Shown here: piece by piece, positions 46,695-55,005 of the stretch
How the letters are laid out: the number at the start of each line of letters is the position of its first letter
How positions within the stretch are numbered: position 1 is the stretch's first letter
NCBI GenBank assembly: GCA_041660505.1
Contig: JBAZWG010000001.1
Location: forward strand, 477,776-541,775
DNA length: 64,000 bases
Direction of reading: 5' to 3'
Source: Minisyncoccota bacterium
GTDB lineage: Bacteria > Patescibacteriota > Minisyncoccia > Phycocordibacterales > JACRKE01
Position numbers and translations under genes: made by a program
The notes under the pieces: generated by a model
Told to the model about the DNA's origin: nothing
Seen by the model: only the letters and a program-made list of their open reading frames with translations
The model's database searches: none

Positions 46695-46818
46695 AGGCTC
46701 ACAGTTCGACGACTACTCGCCGTACCTGAACGATTGGAACGACGACAACCGCAACCTGAACCTCAACCATCGGAGCAACGATTGGAACGACAACTATCGG
46801 TTCCTCGGTGTCCGCAAA
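46695..46818 (+). repeat. DGR template repeat (TR), adenine-rich (AAC codons), non-coding
   Basis: Homolog of VR; adenines occupy the variable positions; not part of a credible ORF. Confidence 0.85.
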
Positions 46819-46830
46819 TCTCTTCACTTC

Positions 46831-47163
46831 TCATCCTCGCCTTGGCGGGGATTGAGTTTCTTTAAGCAAGTTATTCCGCCAGCCACCCAGCATTTTCCCT
46901 ATTTCATCAAGCTGTGTCGATAGTGTAATGTACTTTTTGTTATCAAGTATTTTTGTCTCCCACAATATGCGCATCAGAAACTTCAAAAGATCAAAACGAG
47001 CAGAAGCTTTTTCAATATACAGAAGCTTTTTCGTCCTATCTTGGAAACTTGCAGTGAAGATCAAATCTATGCATTCTAGGAATACCACGTCAATTTTCCC
47101 TCCCAGAGAGTATTTTGACTTCTTGGGTAGGTGGTCTAGGTATTCTGTCCATAGTTTATACAC
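46831..47163 (-). CDS. avd: Accessory variability determinant (Avd)-like four-helix-bundle protein (23S rRNA IVS protein family)
   Basis: 110-aa helical protein; ...ARFDLLKFL ... LSTQLDEIGKMLGGW resembles the four-helix-bundle/Avd family. It sits between TR and the RT on the opposite strand (GTG start). Confidence 0.55.
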   Translation of the reverse strand: MYKLWTEYLDHLPKKSKYSLGGKIDVVFLECIDLIFTASFQDRTKKLLYIEKASARFDLLKFLMRILWETKILDNKKYITLSTQLDEIGKMLGGWRNNLLKETQSPPRRG

Positions 47164-47198
47164 AGTAACCAGCCTGTCGAGTATCGTCAGGCTGTTTC

Positions 47199-47209
47199 GG
47201 GGGGGGGGG
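47199..47209. repeat. Homopolymeric G11/C11 tract between the avd start and the RT start
   Basis: ctgtttcgggggggggggtactttt, 45 nt upstream of the RT ATG and 36 nt upstream of the avd start on the other strand. Confidence 0.8.
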
Positions 47210-47253
47210 TACTTTTAAAGTTTTGGTTTTCCATAATTTGAGAACCCTACCAT

Positions 47254-48228
47254 ATGAGGAAACAACTTACAACAAGTTATGAAGAAATCATCAGCGTCGA
47301 GAACTTACTGCTTGCATGGCAAGAATTCGTTTCTGATAAGAGGAGCAATCCTAACGTGCAACTATTCCAGCTCCGCCTGATGGATCATATAATGTTGCTC
47401 CACTGGGAGCCTGCGAATTTTACCCATGTGCATAGTGGCTATACGCTTTCGAAAATCTTTGAGCCGAAAGAGCGCGACATTCATAAAGCCGGCGTCCGTG
47501 ATCGACTGCCCTGCCACGCGATTCATCGCAAGTTGTATCCATTCTTTGATACAACGTTTATTTCGCATTCGTACTCGTGCAGACTAAAAAAGGGCACACA
47601 CCGGGCTTGTAACTGTTTCAGAAAATTTTATATAAAAGCGAGTAGGAGTAAAAGTCGCACCTGTTGGGTATTGAAATGCGATATACGCAAATTCTTCGCC
47701 AACATCGACCACCAAATCTTGTTCGATATTCTCGCTCAATATATTCCTGACGAAAATGTGGCATGGTTACTCGAGAAAGTAATTTCCAGCTTTGAGCCCG
47801 GCCTTCCACTCGGTAATCTCACTTCACAACTATTTGTAAACATATATATGAACGAGTTCGATCAGTATGTTAAACATAAACTCAAGGCAAAGTATTATAT
47901 CAGATATGCAGATGATTTCGTATTTCTTTCAGAAGACAAAGCTTGGCTTGAGCAACTCGTTCCTGTAATTTCTGATTTTCTTAAAACTCGACTCAAACTT
48001 TCTTTACATCCCAAGAAGATTTCTATTAATACGCTCGCCTCCGGTGTCGATTTTCTTGGCTGGGTGCACTTTCCTAATTATCGCGTGCTACGGACAATGA
48101 CCAAAAAGAGGATGTTCAGGAATATCAGGCGCAAATTGCGTAATCTGGCCACTCTACAATCGTATCTGGGGTTGCTGCAACATGGCAATACGCAGAAATT
48201 ACGAAATATGCTATACTCTCACACATAG
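47254..48228 (+). CDS. Reverse transcriptase, DGR type
   Basis: RT motifs: RDRLPCHAI, motif A LKCDIRKFFANIDH, motif 4 LPLGNLTSQLFVNIYMNEFD (DGR signature [ILV]GxxxSQ), motif C YIRYADDFVFL, motif D LSLHPKK, motif E VDFLGW. At 324 aa it has no maturase or endonuclease domain. Confidence 0.85.
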   Translation: MRKQLTTSYEEIISVENLLLAWQEFVSDKRSNPNVQLFQLRLMDHIMLLHWEPANFTHVHSGYTLSKIFEPKERDIHKAGVRDRLPCHAIHRKLYPFFDTTFISHSYSCRLKKGTHRACNCFRKFYIKASRSKSRTCWVLKCDIRKFFANIDHQILFDILAQYIPDENVAWLLEKVISSFEPGLPLGNLTSQLFVNIYMNEFDQYVKHKLKAKYYIRYADDFVFLSEDKAWLEQLVPVISDFLKTRLKLSLHPKKISINTLASGVDFLGWVHFPNYRVLRTMTKKRMFRNIRRKLRNLATLQSYLGLLQHGNTQKLRNMLYSHT

Positions 48229-48249
48229 CAATTAGTTAATATAAATATT

Positions 48250-48804
48250 ATGAGCAAAAAATGGTGGATTTTACTTGTCGTTGTTGTTGTGGCCCTCGGC
48301 TATTGGATGATGACTTATAACCGATTTATTAAGCTTGACCAGGGTATCCAGGGTCAATGGGCGCAGGTAGAGACGCAGTATCAGCGCCGCTTTGACCTCA
48401 TTCCTAACCTTGTAAATTCTGTGAAGGGCGCAATGACCCAAGAGCAGGCGGTATTCGATGCGATTGCAGAGGCGCGCACGCAGTATGGTGGCGCAAGAAC
48501 ACTGGATGAAAAGGTGGCCGCGACAAACCAAGTCGAATCATCGTTGTCTCGTTTGCTTGCGGTGATAGAGAATTATCCGCAACTAAAGTCGATCGACACT
48601 GTTCAAACGCTCATGGCACAGCTTGAGGGCACAGAGAATCGCATCAGCGTGGAGCGCGGAAGATTCAATGATGCAATCAAATCTTACAACACCTCCGTCC
48701 AACTTTTCCCTTCAAGTATTATTGCTAGAATCTCCGGCTTCAGTGTTAAAGCCTTCTTCGAATCTGCACCGGGCGCCGAGAAAGCTCCGGAAGTGCAGCT
48801 CTAA
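48250..48804 (+). CDS. lemA: LemA family protein
   Basis: N-terminal TM helix and the LemA core (YNRFIKLDQGIQGQWAQVETQYQRRFDLIPNLV). Confidence 0.85.
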   Translation: MSKKWWILLVVVVVALGYWMMTYNRFIKLDQGIQGQWAQVETQYQRRFDLIPNLVNSVKGAMTQEQAVFDAIAEARTQYGGARTLDEKVAATNQVESSLSRLLAVIENYPQLKSIDTVQTLMAQLEGTENRISVERGRFNDAIKSYNTSVQLFPSSIIARISGFSVKAFFESAPGAEKAPEVQL

Positions 48805-48807
48805 TTC

Positions 48808-49683
48808 TTGATGAAAAAATTAGCACTACTTTTTCTCCTGCTCGCACCGGCAGTTTCGTCGGCATATTATCAGCTTTCACGGCCCACTGGCTTTGTGAAT
48901 GATACTGCGAATATGCTTGCGCCTGCAGATGCTACAACGCTTGAGGCGAAGATTTCGGCTTTCGAGAAAAAGTCAGGCAATGAAATTGCTATAGTCACGA
49001 TACCTTCTCTCGATGGCGACACAGTCGAGAACTTTGCCGTTAAGCTTTTTGCAGATTGGGGGATAGGGAAGAAAGATAAAGATAACGGCGTCCTGCTCCT
49101 CGTTGCCCGTGATGACAGAAAGATGAAAATAGAAGTGGGCTATGGCCTCGAGGGTGCCTTAACCGATGCGCAGAGTTATTGGATTACTCGTGATATTCTG
49201 ACGCCTGCGTTCAAGGCTGGCAATTACGCGCAGGGTATTAATGACGCGACCGACAAAATTATTTCAGCGACACAAGGCGAAGTTTTACCTACTGCTGAAC
49301 CCACAACAAATGCTGGAGATATAGACTATTTTTGGGTATTTTTCATTGCTGTGATGTTGATTGAATGGCTCGGGGCTATTCTCGCGCGCTCCAAATCGTG
49401 GTGGGCGGGTGGAGTTATTGGAGGCGCTGTTGCTGGTTTGGCCGGTTTCTTTATGGCTTCGGCCGGGATATTTATTATCTCGGCAATTGTACTTATACCC
49501 GCAGGGCTTTTGTTCGATTACATCGTTTCGAAAAATTATACGAAAGGTAAGGCGAATGGCCACTTCCCATGGTGGATTGGCGGTGGGGGCAGCGGCTGGG
49601 GCGGAGGATCCGGAGGTGGAGGGGGATTTGGCGGCTTCGGCGGAGGATCGTCCGGCGGCGGTGGAAGCTCCGGAAGCTGGTGA
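48808..49683 (+). CDS. TPM-domain (YgcG-like) membrane protein with a C-terminal Gly-rich tail
   Basis: TPM phosphatase domain (GFVNDTANMLAPADATTLEAKISAFEKKSGNEIAIVTIPSL), TM segments and a GGGSGWGGGSGGGGGFGGFGGGSSGGGG tail. Typical partner of lemA. Confidence 0.8.
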   Translation: MMKKLALLFLLLAPAVSSAYYQLSRPTGFVNDTANMLAPADATTLEAKISAFEKKSGNEIAIVTIPSLDGDTVENFAVKLFADWGIGKKDKDNGVLLLVARDDRKMKIEVGYGLEGALTDAQSYWITRDILTPAFKAGNYAQGINDATDKIISATQGEVLPTAEPTTNAGDIDYFWVFFIAVMLIEWLGAILARSKSWWAGGVIGGAVAGLAGFFMASAGIFIISAIVLIPAGLLFDYIVSKNYTKGKANGHFPWWIGGGGSGWGGGSGGGGGFGGFGGGSSGGGGSSGSW

Positions 49684-49689
49684 ACTGAA

Positions 49690-49742
49690 CAAGTTATAAA
49701 GTTTGTAAAGTTCATAAAGTTTGAAAGTTGAAAGTTACAAAG
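49690..49742. repeat. Family E tandem AAAGTT-containing octamer array (six to seven units)
   Basis: aagttataaagtttgtaaagttcataaagtttgaaagttgaaagttacaaagt. Similar arrays are at 761-798 and 12997-13010. Confidence 0.7.
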
Positions 49743-49754
49743 TAGATCCAGAAG

Positions 49755-50338
49755 ATGGAAAAGAAAATAAAGTCTCGATGCACTTGGCCGAAAGATGATG
49801 CGCAAATGATTAAGTATCATGATACGGAATGGGGAGTGCCACAGCATGATGATAAAATATTGTTCGAATACATCGTACTCGACACGTTCCAGGCCGGGCT
49901 GTCATGGCAAATAATTTTGCGAAAGCGCGCGGGATTTAAAAAGGCGTTCAAAACTTCGACGTTAAGAAAGTGGCGAAGATGACGAGCGCGGATGTAGCGA
50001 GGCTTATGAAAGACACTAGCATTATCCGTAATAGGTTAAAAATAGCTGGCACGATTAAAAATGCACAAGCCTTTCTGAATGTCCAAAAAGAGTTCGGCTC
50101 ATTTGAAAAATATTTGTGGCAATGGGTAAGGAATAAGCCAATAATTCATTCACATAAACAATCAAGTGATATCGGGGCGACCTCTAAAGAATCAGATGCC
50201 TTGAGTAAAGACTTGAAAAAGCGCGGTATGACCTTCGTTGGCAGCACTATTATATATGCGTTCATGCAAGGCGCTGGCCTGGTTAATGATCATCTGATAT
50301 CATGCTTTAGATACAGAGAAATTCAAAAACTAAAATGA
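49755..50338 (+). pseudogene. tag: DNA-3-methyladenine glycosylase I (Tag), disrupted by a 1-nt frameshift in an A4 run (about 49950-49953)
   Basis: Two consecutive ORFs (49755-49982 and 49970-50338) together cover Tag (YHDTEWGVPQHDDKILFEYIVLDTFQAGLSWQIIL ... SADVARLMKDTSIIRNRLKI ... FVGSTIIYAFMQGAGLVNDH). The frames join if caaaac were caaaaac. Confidence 0.7.
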
Positions 50339-50973
50339 AAATAACTAAGTTCGGGCATTCTTGTTTGCTTGTCGAGGAGGAGGGAGTTCGGCTTTTGTTC
50401 GACCCGGGGAATTATTCGACCATTCCGGAAAATCTGGCGAACATTGACGCGATAATAATTACGCACGAACATCAGGATCATTACACGCCGGAAATTCTTA
50501 AGAAAATTTTAGATACCAATAAAGACGCGCAAGTTATTACGAACTCCGGTGTCGGCGCGCAGTTAGACAAAGCCGGCATTGCCTACCAGATTATAGAAGA
50601 TGGGCAGGGGATTAAGATCGGCACAGTGGAGATTGAGGGCACTGGCACGCAACACGCGCTTATCTATCCGACGCTTCCGCGCACGGCTAACACGGGTTAT
50701 CTTGTCGCCGGCAAATTTTTTCATCCTGGTGATTCGTTCGAGACTATTCCTGCTCGGCAGGTCGAAATTCTCGCCTTGCCGGTTATTGCGCCATGGTGCA
50801 GGGTAGCCGAGGCTGTTGACTTCGCCAAGGCCATAAAACCCAAATACGCCTTCGCAATTCACGATGCGAACTTAAAATGGCCCGGTATGGCACATGGACT
50901 CTCACAGCAGATTCTCCCGAAAGAAGGTATTGATTTCCGGATTCTCGAAGACGGCAAAGAATACGAATTTTAA
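50335..50973 (+). CDS. MBL-fold metallo-hydrolase
   Basis: ITHEHQDHY metal-binding motif and N-terminal KFGHSCLLVEEEGVRLLFDPG. Confidence 0.75.
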   Translation: MKITKFGHSCLLVEEEGVRLLFDPGNYSTIPENLANIDAIIITHEHQDHYTPEILKKILDTNKDAQVITNSGVGAQLDKAGIAYQIIEDGQGIKIGTVEIEGTGTQHALIYPTLPRTANTGYLVAGKFFHPGDSFETIPARQVEILALPVIAPWCRVAEAVDFAKAIKPKYAFAIHDANLKWPGMAHGLSQQILPKEGIDFRILEDGKEYEF

Positions 50974-50983
50974 AAACTAATCT

Positions 50984-51373
50984 ATGCGTATCTACATTTC
51001 ACACGCGACCGACAAAAATTATGATTTTCGCGAATTTCTTTACGAACCTTTGCAGGCGTCGCCTTTGGCGAAAGAGCATATATTTATCTTCCCACATGAA
51101 CGGGACTATGGCAGTGAGCCCCACAACATGAAAGACGAGATAATAAGATCAAGCTTCGTCTTGGCAGAAGTCTCGTATCCTTCAACGGGTTCAGGAATAG
51201 AGCTTGGCTGGGCGAGCGAACACGGCAAGCAAATATTCTGTTTGTATCAATACGGCCGTGACTATTCCCGCAGTTTACTCGTCCTGACCAAGCATATCGA
51301 CCACTACTCCGGCGCGACTGAGTTGGTCCAGAAAATAACGGATTTTATCAAAGATAATCCGCAGTTGCGATAA
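50984..51373 (+). CDS. Nucleoside 2-deoxyribosyltransferase-like (Rossmann-like) protein
   Basis: MRIYISHATD ... SGIELGWASEHGKQIF is the pattern of the N-deoxyribosyltransferase-like fold; assignment is weak. Confidence 0.4.
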   Translation: MRIYISHATDKNYDFREFLYEPLQASPLAKEHIFIFPHERDYGSEPHNMKDEIIRSSFVLAEVSYPSTGSGIELGWASEHGKQIFCLYQYGRDYSRSLLVLTKHIDHYSGATELVQKITDFIKDNPQLR

Positions 51374-51379
51374 GCGGTA

Positions 51380-51408
51380 TTGACAACGAATAATGGTACG
51401 TTTATACT
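51380..51408 (+). promoter_or_regulatory. Near-consensus sigma70 promoter upstream of mazE
   Basis: TTGACA (51380-51385), 17-nt spacer, TATACT (51403-51408). Confidence 0.55.
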
Positions 51409-51434
51409 ATGTTTATACATGAGTAATCAAGATT

Positions 51435-51731
51435 ATGACTACGAAATTACGCGAATGGGGAAATAGTTATGCGTTGGGCTTGCCAAAAGCCGCTCTTGGA
51501 AAGTTGAACCTTAAGCCTGGCGACGAACTTACACTAGAGATTAGGAACGGAGCTTATGTATATAAACCAGTCAAAAAAGGTCCGAGAATTCCGACCCTCG
51601 ACGAGATGATTGCCAGCATTCCAGAAGGTGGCATCAAAAACGAGTGGGAAGATGTTATTGACGTCGGACGTGAAATTGTCGAATGGAATGAAAAGATATT
51701 ACCCAAAAAGAGGCGACGTCGTTTGGGTTAG
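51435..51731 (+). CDS. mazE: MazE/AbrB-type antitoxin (SpoVT/AbrB swapped-hairpin domain)
   Basis: LREWGNSYALGLPKAALGKLNLKPGDELTLEI matches the AbrB/MazE fold. Confidence 0.65.
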   Translation: MTTKLREWGNSYALGLPKAALGKLNLKPGDELTLEIRNGAYVYKPVKKGPRIPTLDEMIASIPEGGIKNEWEDVIDVGREIVEWNEKILPKKRRRRLG

Positions 51732-52023
51732 TCTCGACCCTGCGCTCGGACATGAACAAAATGGGAGACGGCCCGTCGTTGTTTTGTCGCCAGAAGAGTA
51801 CAACTGCCGCACGGGGATTTTTGTCTGTTGTCCAATATCAACCAAAGTTAAAGGATATCAGTTCGAAGTTGCAATATCATCAAATGGTATTGTTGGTGTA
51901 GTGCAAGCTGACCAAATCAGAACGCTTGACTGGATAACTCGCCAAATTAAATACCACGGTGTCATCAATTCAGAAACGCTTTTACAAGTTCAAGCGAGAA
52001 TTGTCGCACTTATAACAAAGTAA
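51688..52023 (+). CDS. mazF: MazF/PemK family endoribonuclease toxin
   Basis: RGDVVWVSLDPALGHEQNGRRPVVVLS is the canonical MazF motif. The ATG at 51688 overlaps the mazE 3' end; the ORF track gives 51610. Confidence 0.75.
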   Translation: MKRYYPKRGDVVWVSLDPALGHEQNGRRPVVVLSPEEYNCRTGIFVCCPISTKVKGYQFEVAISSNGIVGVVQADQIRTLDWITRQIKYHGVINSETLLQVQARIVALITK

Positions 52024-52027
52024 CTGC

Positions 52028-52537
52028 ATGCGGGCGAAGAAAATTTCACTCACACACGCTAAACCGGAGAAGCTTTTTTACTTCGTCGCTAATGTGGTTA
52101 TTTACAGGGCAAAAGATAGAAGATGTCTGATATTAAAGCGCGATGAACGGGAAAAGGTTCATCCGGGCAAGTGGGCGGTGCCGGGAGGGAAGCTGGAATG
52201 GAAGGATCTGCCAGTGAAGCATCCGACCCGTGTGAACGGCGACGTACTAGATTATGAAAACAAAGTCGAAGATTTGCTCGCGCGCGAAGCGCTCGAGGAG
52301 GCCAATGTAAAAATAAAAGGCCCGCTTAAATATATAAACAGCGTCGCGTTTATTAGGCCGGACGAGACACCGGTTATACTGGTGAAGTTTGCGGCGCAGT
52401 ATTTAAGTGGTAATGTTGTACCAGAGAAAGGCGGCTTCACCGACCTCGCTTGGGTTAATGCGAAAGAGGTTAAAGAGTATCGTTGCATAAAGGGAGTTGA
52501 CAAAGAAGTTAAACAAACAATAAAATTATTCAGCTAA
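52028..52537 (+). CDS. NUDIX hydrolase
   Basis: Nudix box GGKLEW ... EDLLAREALEEANVKI. Confidence 0.7.
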   Translation: MRAKKISLTHAKPEKLFYFVANVVIYRAKDRRCLILKRDEREKVHPGKWAVPGGKLEWKDLPVKHPTRVNGDVLDYENKVEDLLAREALEEANVKIKGPLKYINSVAFIRPDETPVILVKFAAQYLSGNVVPEKGGFTDLAWVNAKEVKEYRCIKGVDKEVKQTIKLFS

Positions 52538-52551
52538 TTTAATTTTTTAAA

Positions 52552-53280
52552 ATGATATTTATCATTGCCATCGCCACGTCTATCTTCACTCTCCTCGGCG
52601 GACTTTTTGCTTTGAAGTACAGCGACAAGTTGCATCTTATTCTCGGCTTCAGTGCCGGGGCGGTGCTCGGTGTGGCCTTCTTCGACCTTATGCCGGAGGC
52701 CATGGCGCTCATTGGAGGAACAGAAGATCATCTCACTGTAACGACTGTCTTGGCTTTCGGCTTCGGGCTATTTATGATACTGGACCGTACTATCTCCGGT
52801 TTGAGTCATAATGGTGAAGAAGCAGTCAATGAGACGCATCATCACGATGGCAAACTTGGCGCTTTAGCACTTATTACACACAGCTTTCTTGATGGGCTTG
52901 GTATCGGCCTGGCCTTTCAGGTCTCCGTTGCGGTCGGCGCCGTTGTTGCGGTGGCAGTACTCGTACACGACTTCTCCGATGGTATCAATACGGTTAATAT
53001 GATACTCAAGGGCACAAGAGAAAAAGTTCGCGCTCTAAAGTGGCTTGCGGCCGATGCAGTAGCGCCCTTACTGGGCGTATTGGTAGGCTCGCAGTTTATA
53101 CTTACTGACAACCAACTCGGCATGGTGCTCGCCTTGTTTGCTGGCTTCTTCTTCTATATAGGAGCCTCCGATTTGCTCCCCGAGAGCCACCATAGGCATC
53201 CCAAGCCTTGGACGACGATCTCGACCGTCCTCGGTATGCTCATTATCTATTTTGCTATCACCCTTGCAATGAAGGGGTAG
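52552..53280 (+). CDS. ZIP family metal cation transporter (ZupT-like)
   Basis: HSFLDGLGIGLAFQVS and LVHDFSDGINT motifs; multi-TM. Confidence 0.8.
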   Translation: MIFIIAIATSIFTLLGGLFALKYSDKLHLILGFSAGAVLGVAFFDLMPEAMALIGGTEDHLTVTTVLAFGFGLFMILDRTISGLSHNGEEAVNETHHHDGKLGALALITHSFLDGLGIGLAFQVSVAVGAVVAVAVLVHDFSDGINTVNMILKGTREKVRALKWLAADAVAPLLGVLVGSQFILTDNQLGMVLALFAGFFFYIGASDLLPESHHRHPKPWTTISTVLGMLIIYFAITLAMKG

Positions 53281-53340
53281 GCGGGGTCTAATTAATAAAA
53301 CCCTTCAGTTTTGGCCTGAAATAAGGTATAATCGCGCCAA

Positions 53341-54132
53341 ATGCCCGAAATATCCCTAAAGGCCGAAGAACTGTTCCATATAGGCAGTTTGCCGATAACT
53401 AACACGTATCTGGTCTCATTTTTAGCTCTTTTTGGGTTGGTTGTCGTTGGCATGATACTGAACGAGAAGATTAAGCTTTCTGTCGGCTGGTTGCAAAATA
53501 TCGTCGAGGTTGTTCTCGAAGCTTTGCTCGAACTCATGGAGTCGGTGCTTGGCTCGCGCGAAGCGGCAGAGAAATATTTGCCGCTTATTGCGACTATCTT
53601 TCTCTTTGTCATTACTTCGAACTGGCTCGGACTATTGCCAGGGATGGGCTCGATACTTTTTCATACAGAAGAAGGTATCGTCCCCCTCTTGCGTTCACCG
53701 GCAAGCGATTTGAACTTTACACTTGCGATCGCAATATCATCCGTTGTGGCGGCGAACCTGCTCGGTATGATTAAACTCGGATTCTTCGGGCATCTTGGTA
53801 AATTCTTCAACTTCAGCGACCCAATCAATTTCTTCGTCGGTATTCTCGAGCTGGTCTCAGAATTCGCAAAAGTTGTTTCGTTCTCATTCCGTCTCTTTGG
53901 CAATGTCTTCGCCGGGGAGGTGCTCCTTACCATCGTTGCTTTTCTTGTCGGCTATATTGTCCCATTGCCGTTCATGTTTCTTGAGATATTTGTCGGATTT
54001 ATCCAGGCTTTCGTCTTCGCTATGCTTACCCTGGTCTTCCTCGGGTTGCATACCACCTCTCACGATGCTCACGCAGAAGCCGGAGCACACAGCCAAGGTT
54101 CAACCTTAAGCACCCAAAAGGTTGAACCTTAA
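53341..54132 (+). CDS. atpB: F0F1 ATP synthase subunit a
   Basis: FSFRLFGNVFAGEVLL contains the conserved Arg. The last 12 codons and the stop lie inside the family D repeat element. Confidence 0.85.
   Translation: MPEISLKAEELFHIGSLPITNTYLVSFLALFGLVVVGMILNEKIKLSVGWLQNIVEVVLEALLELMESVLGSREAAEKYLPLIATIFLFVITSNWLGLLPGMGSILFHTEEGIVPLLRSPASDLNFTLAIAISSVVAANLLGMIKLGFFGHLGKFFNFSDPINFFVGILELVSEFAKVVSFSFRLFGNVFAGEVLLTIVAFLVGYIVPLPFMFLEIFVGFIQAFVFAMLTLVFLGLHTTSHDAHAEAGAHSQGSTLSTQKVEP
54095..54130. repeat. Family D palindromic hairpin element, copy 3, overlapping the atpB 3' end
   Basis: aaggttcaacctt-aagcacccaa-aaggttgaacctt. Confidence 0.8.
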
Positions 54133-54173
54133 GAATTCAATTGTCGAATTAATTAATAATTAGTAATTAGTAA

Positions 54174-54410
<237 letters not shown>

Positions 54411-54415
54411 GGGCG

Positions 54416-54452
54416 CCAAGGAGAGACCTCCCTCTGGAGGACTCACCTTAGC
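54416..54452. repeat. Family B palindromic element, copy 3, intergenic between atpE and atpF
   Basis: gccaaggagagacctccctctggaggactcaccttagc. Confidence 0.75.
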
Positions 54453-54461
54453 GGCTAAATT

Positions 54462-54971
54462 ATGGAAGATTTCGTCTTAAAATTCGGGGTGGATTGGAAG
54501 CTCTTGCTCTCGCAAGTGGTGAACTTCTTGATCCTGCTTGTGATACTCCGCTTGGTCGCGTACAAGCCGATAATCGAGATTCTGAAGAAGCGTAAGGCGC
54601 ATATTGATGAAGGTCTCGCCAATGCCGATGCGGCCGATAAACGCTTGAGTGAGATAGAGATACTTAAGCGCGGCCAGATGGCTAAGGCCGAAGCCGAGGC
54701 GCAAGCTCTAATGAAGGCGACCGAGGATAGAGCTAAGGATCGCGAGGCAGAACTTATGACGGCAGCGAATAAGAAAGTCGAAACCGCTCTTGCTGAAGCA
54801 AAGAAGCTTATATTGGCCAAGCGAGCAGAGTCAGAAGCGGAGATCGGCAAAGAAGCGGTGGCAATGGTCAAAGAAGCCTTGCTCAAAACAGTCGCACTGG
54901 ACCCAAGTGCCGTGCACGAGGCTCTGGTTAAAGAAGCACTGGCCAAGGTTTCAGAAGGCGAAACCTTCTAG
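54462..54971 (+). CDS. atpF: F0F1 ATP synthase subunit b
   Basis: N-terminal TM helix and a long charged helix; position in the operon. Confidence 0.75.
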   Translation: MEDFVLKFGVDWKLLLSQVVNFLILLVILRLVAYKPIIEILKKRKAHIDEGLANADAADKRLSEIEILKRGQMAKAEAEAQALMKATEDRAKDREAELMTAANKKVETALAEAKKLILAKRAESEAEIGKEAVAMVKEALLKTVALDPSAVHEALVKEALAKVSEGETF

Positions 54972-55005
54972 ATGCCCAAGGTTTCGCCTTCTGAAACTAA
55001 ACATT

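Larger units (their letters stand above)
45713..48228 (+). mobile_element. Diversity-generating retroelement (DGR) cassette: target gene with VR, hairpin, TR, avd-like gene, G11 tract, reverse transcriptase
   Basis: See the component features. VR and TR are 124-bp homologs with adenine-specific mismatches, and the RT carries the DGR-specific LGNLTSQ motif. Confidence 0.85.

Noticed and set aside
46530-46923. Plus-strand ORFs 46530-46865 and 46690-46923 over the template repeat
   Set aside because: These are read-through translations of the non-coding DGR TR (a copy of the target gene's 3' end). They have no start context, and TR is expected to be non-coding.
54790-55005. Upstream part of track ORF 54790-55419 as the atpH N-terminus
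   Set aside because: It overlaps atpF in another frame. A properly placed ATG at 55006 directly follows the atpF stop and gives a delta subunit of normal size.
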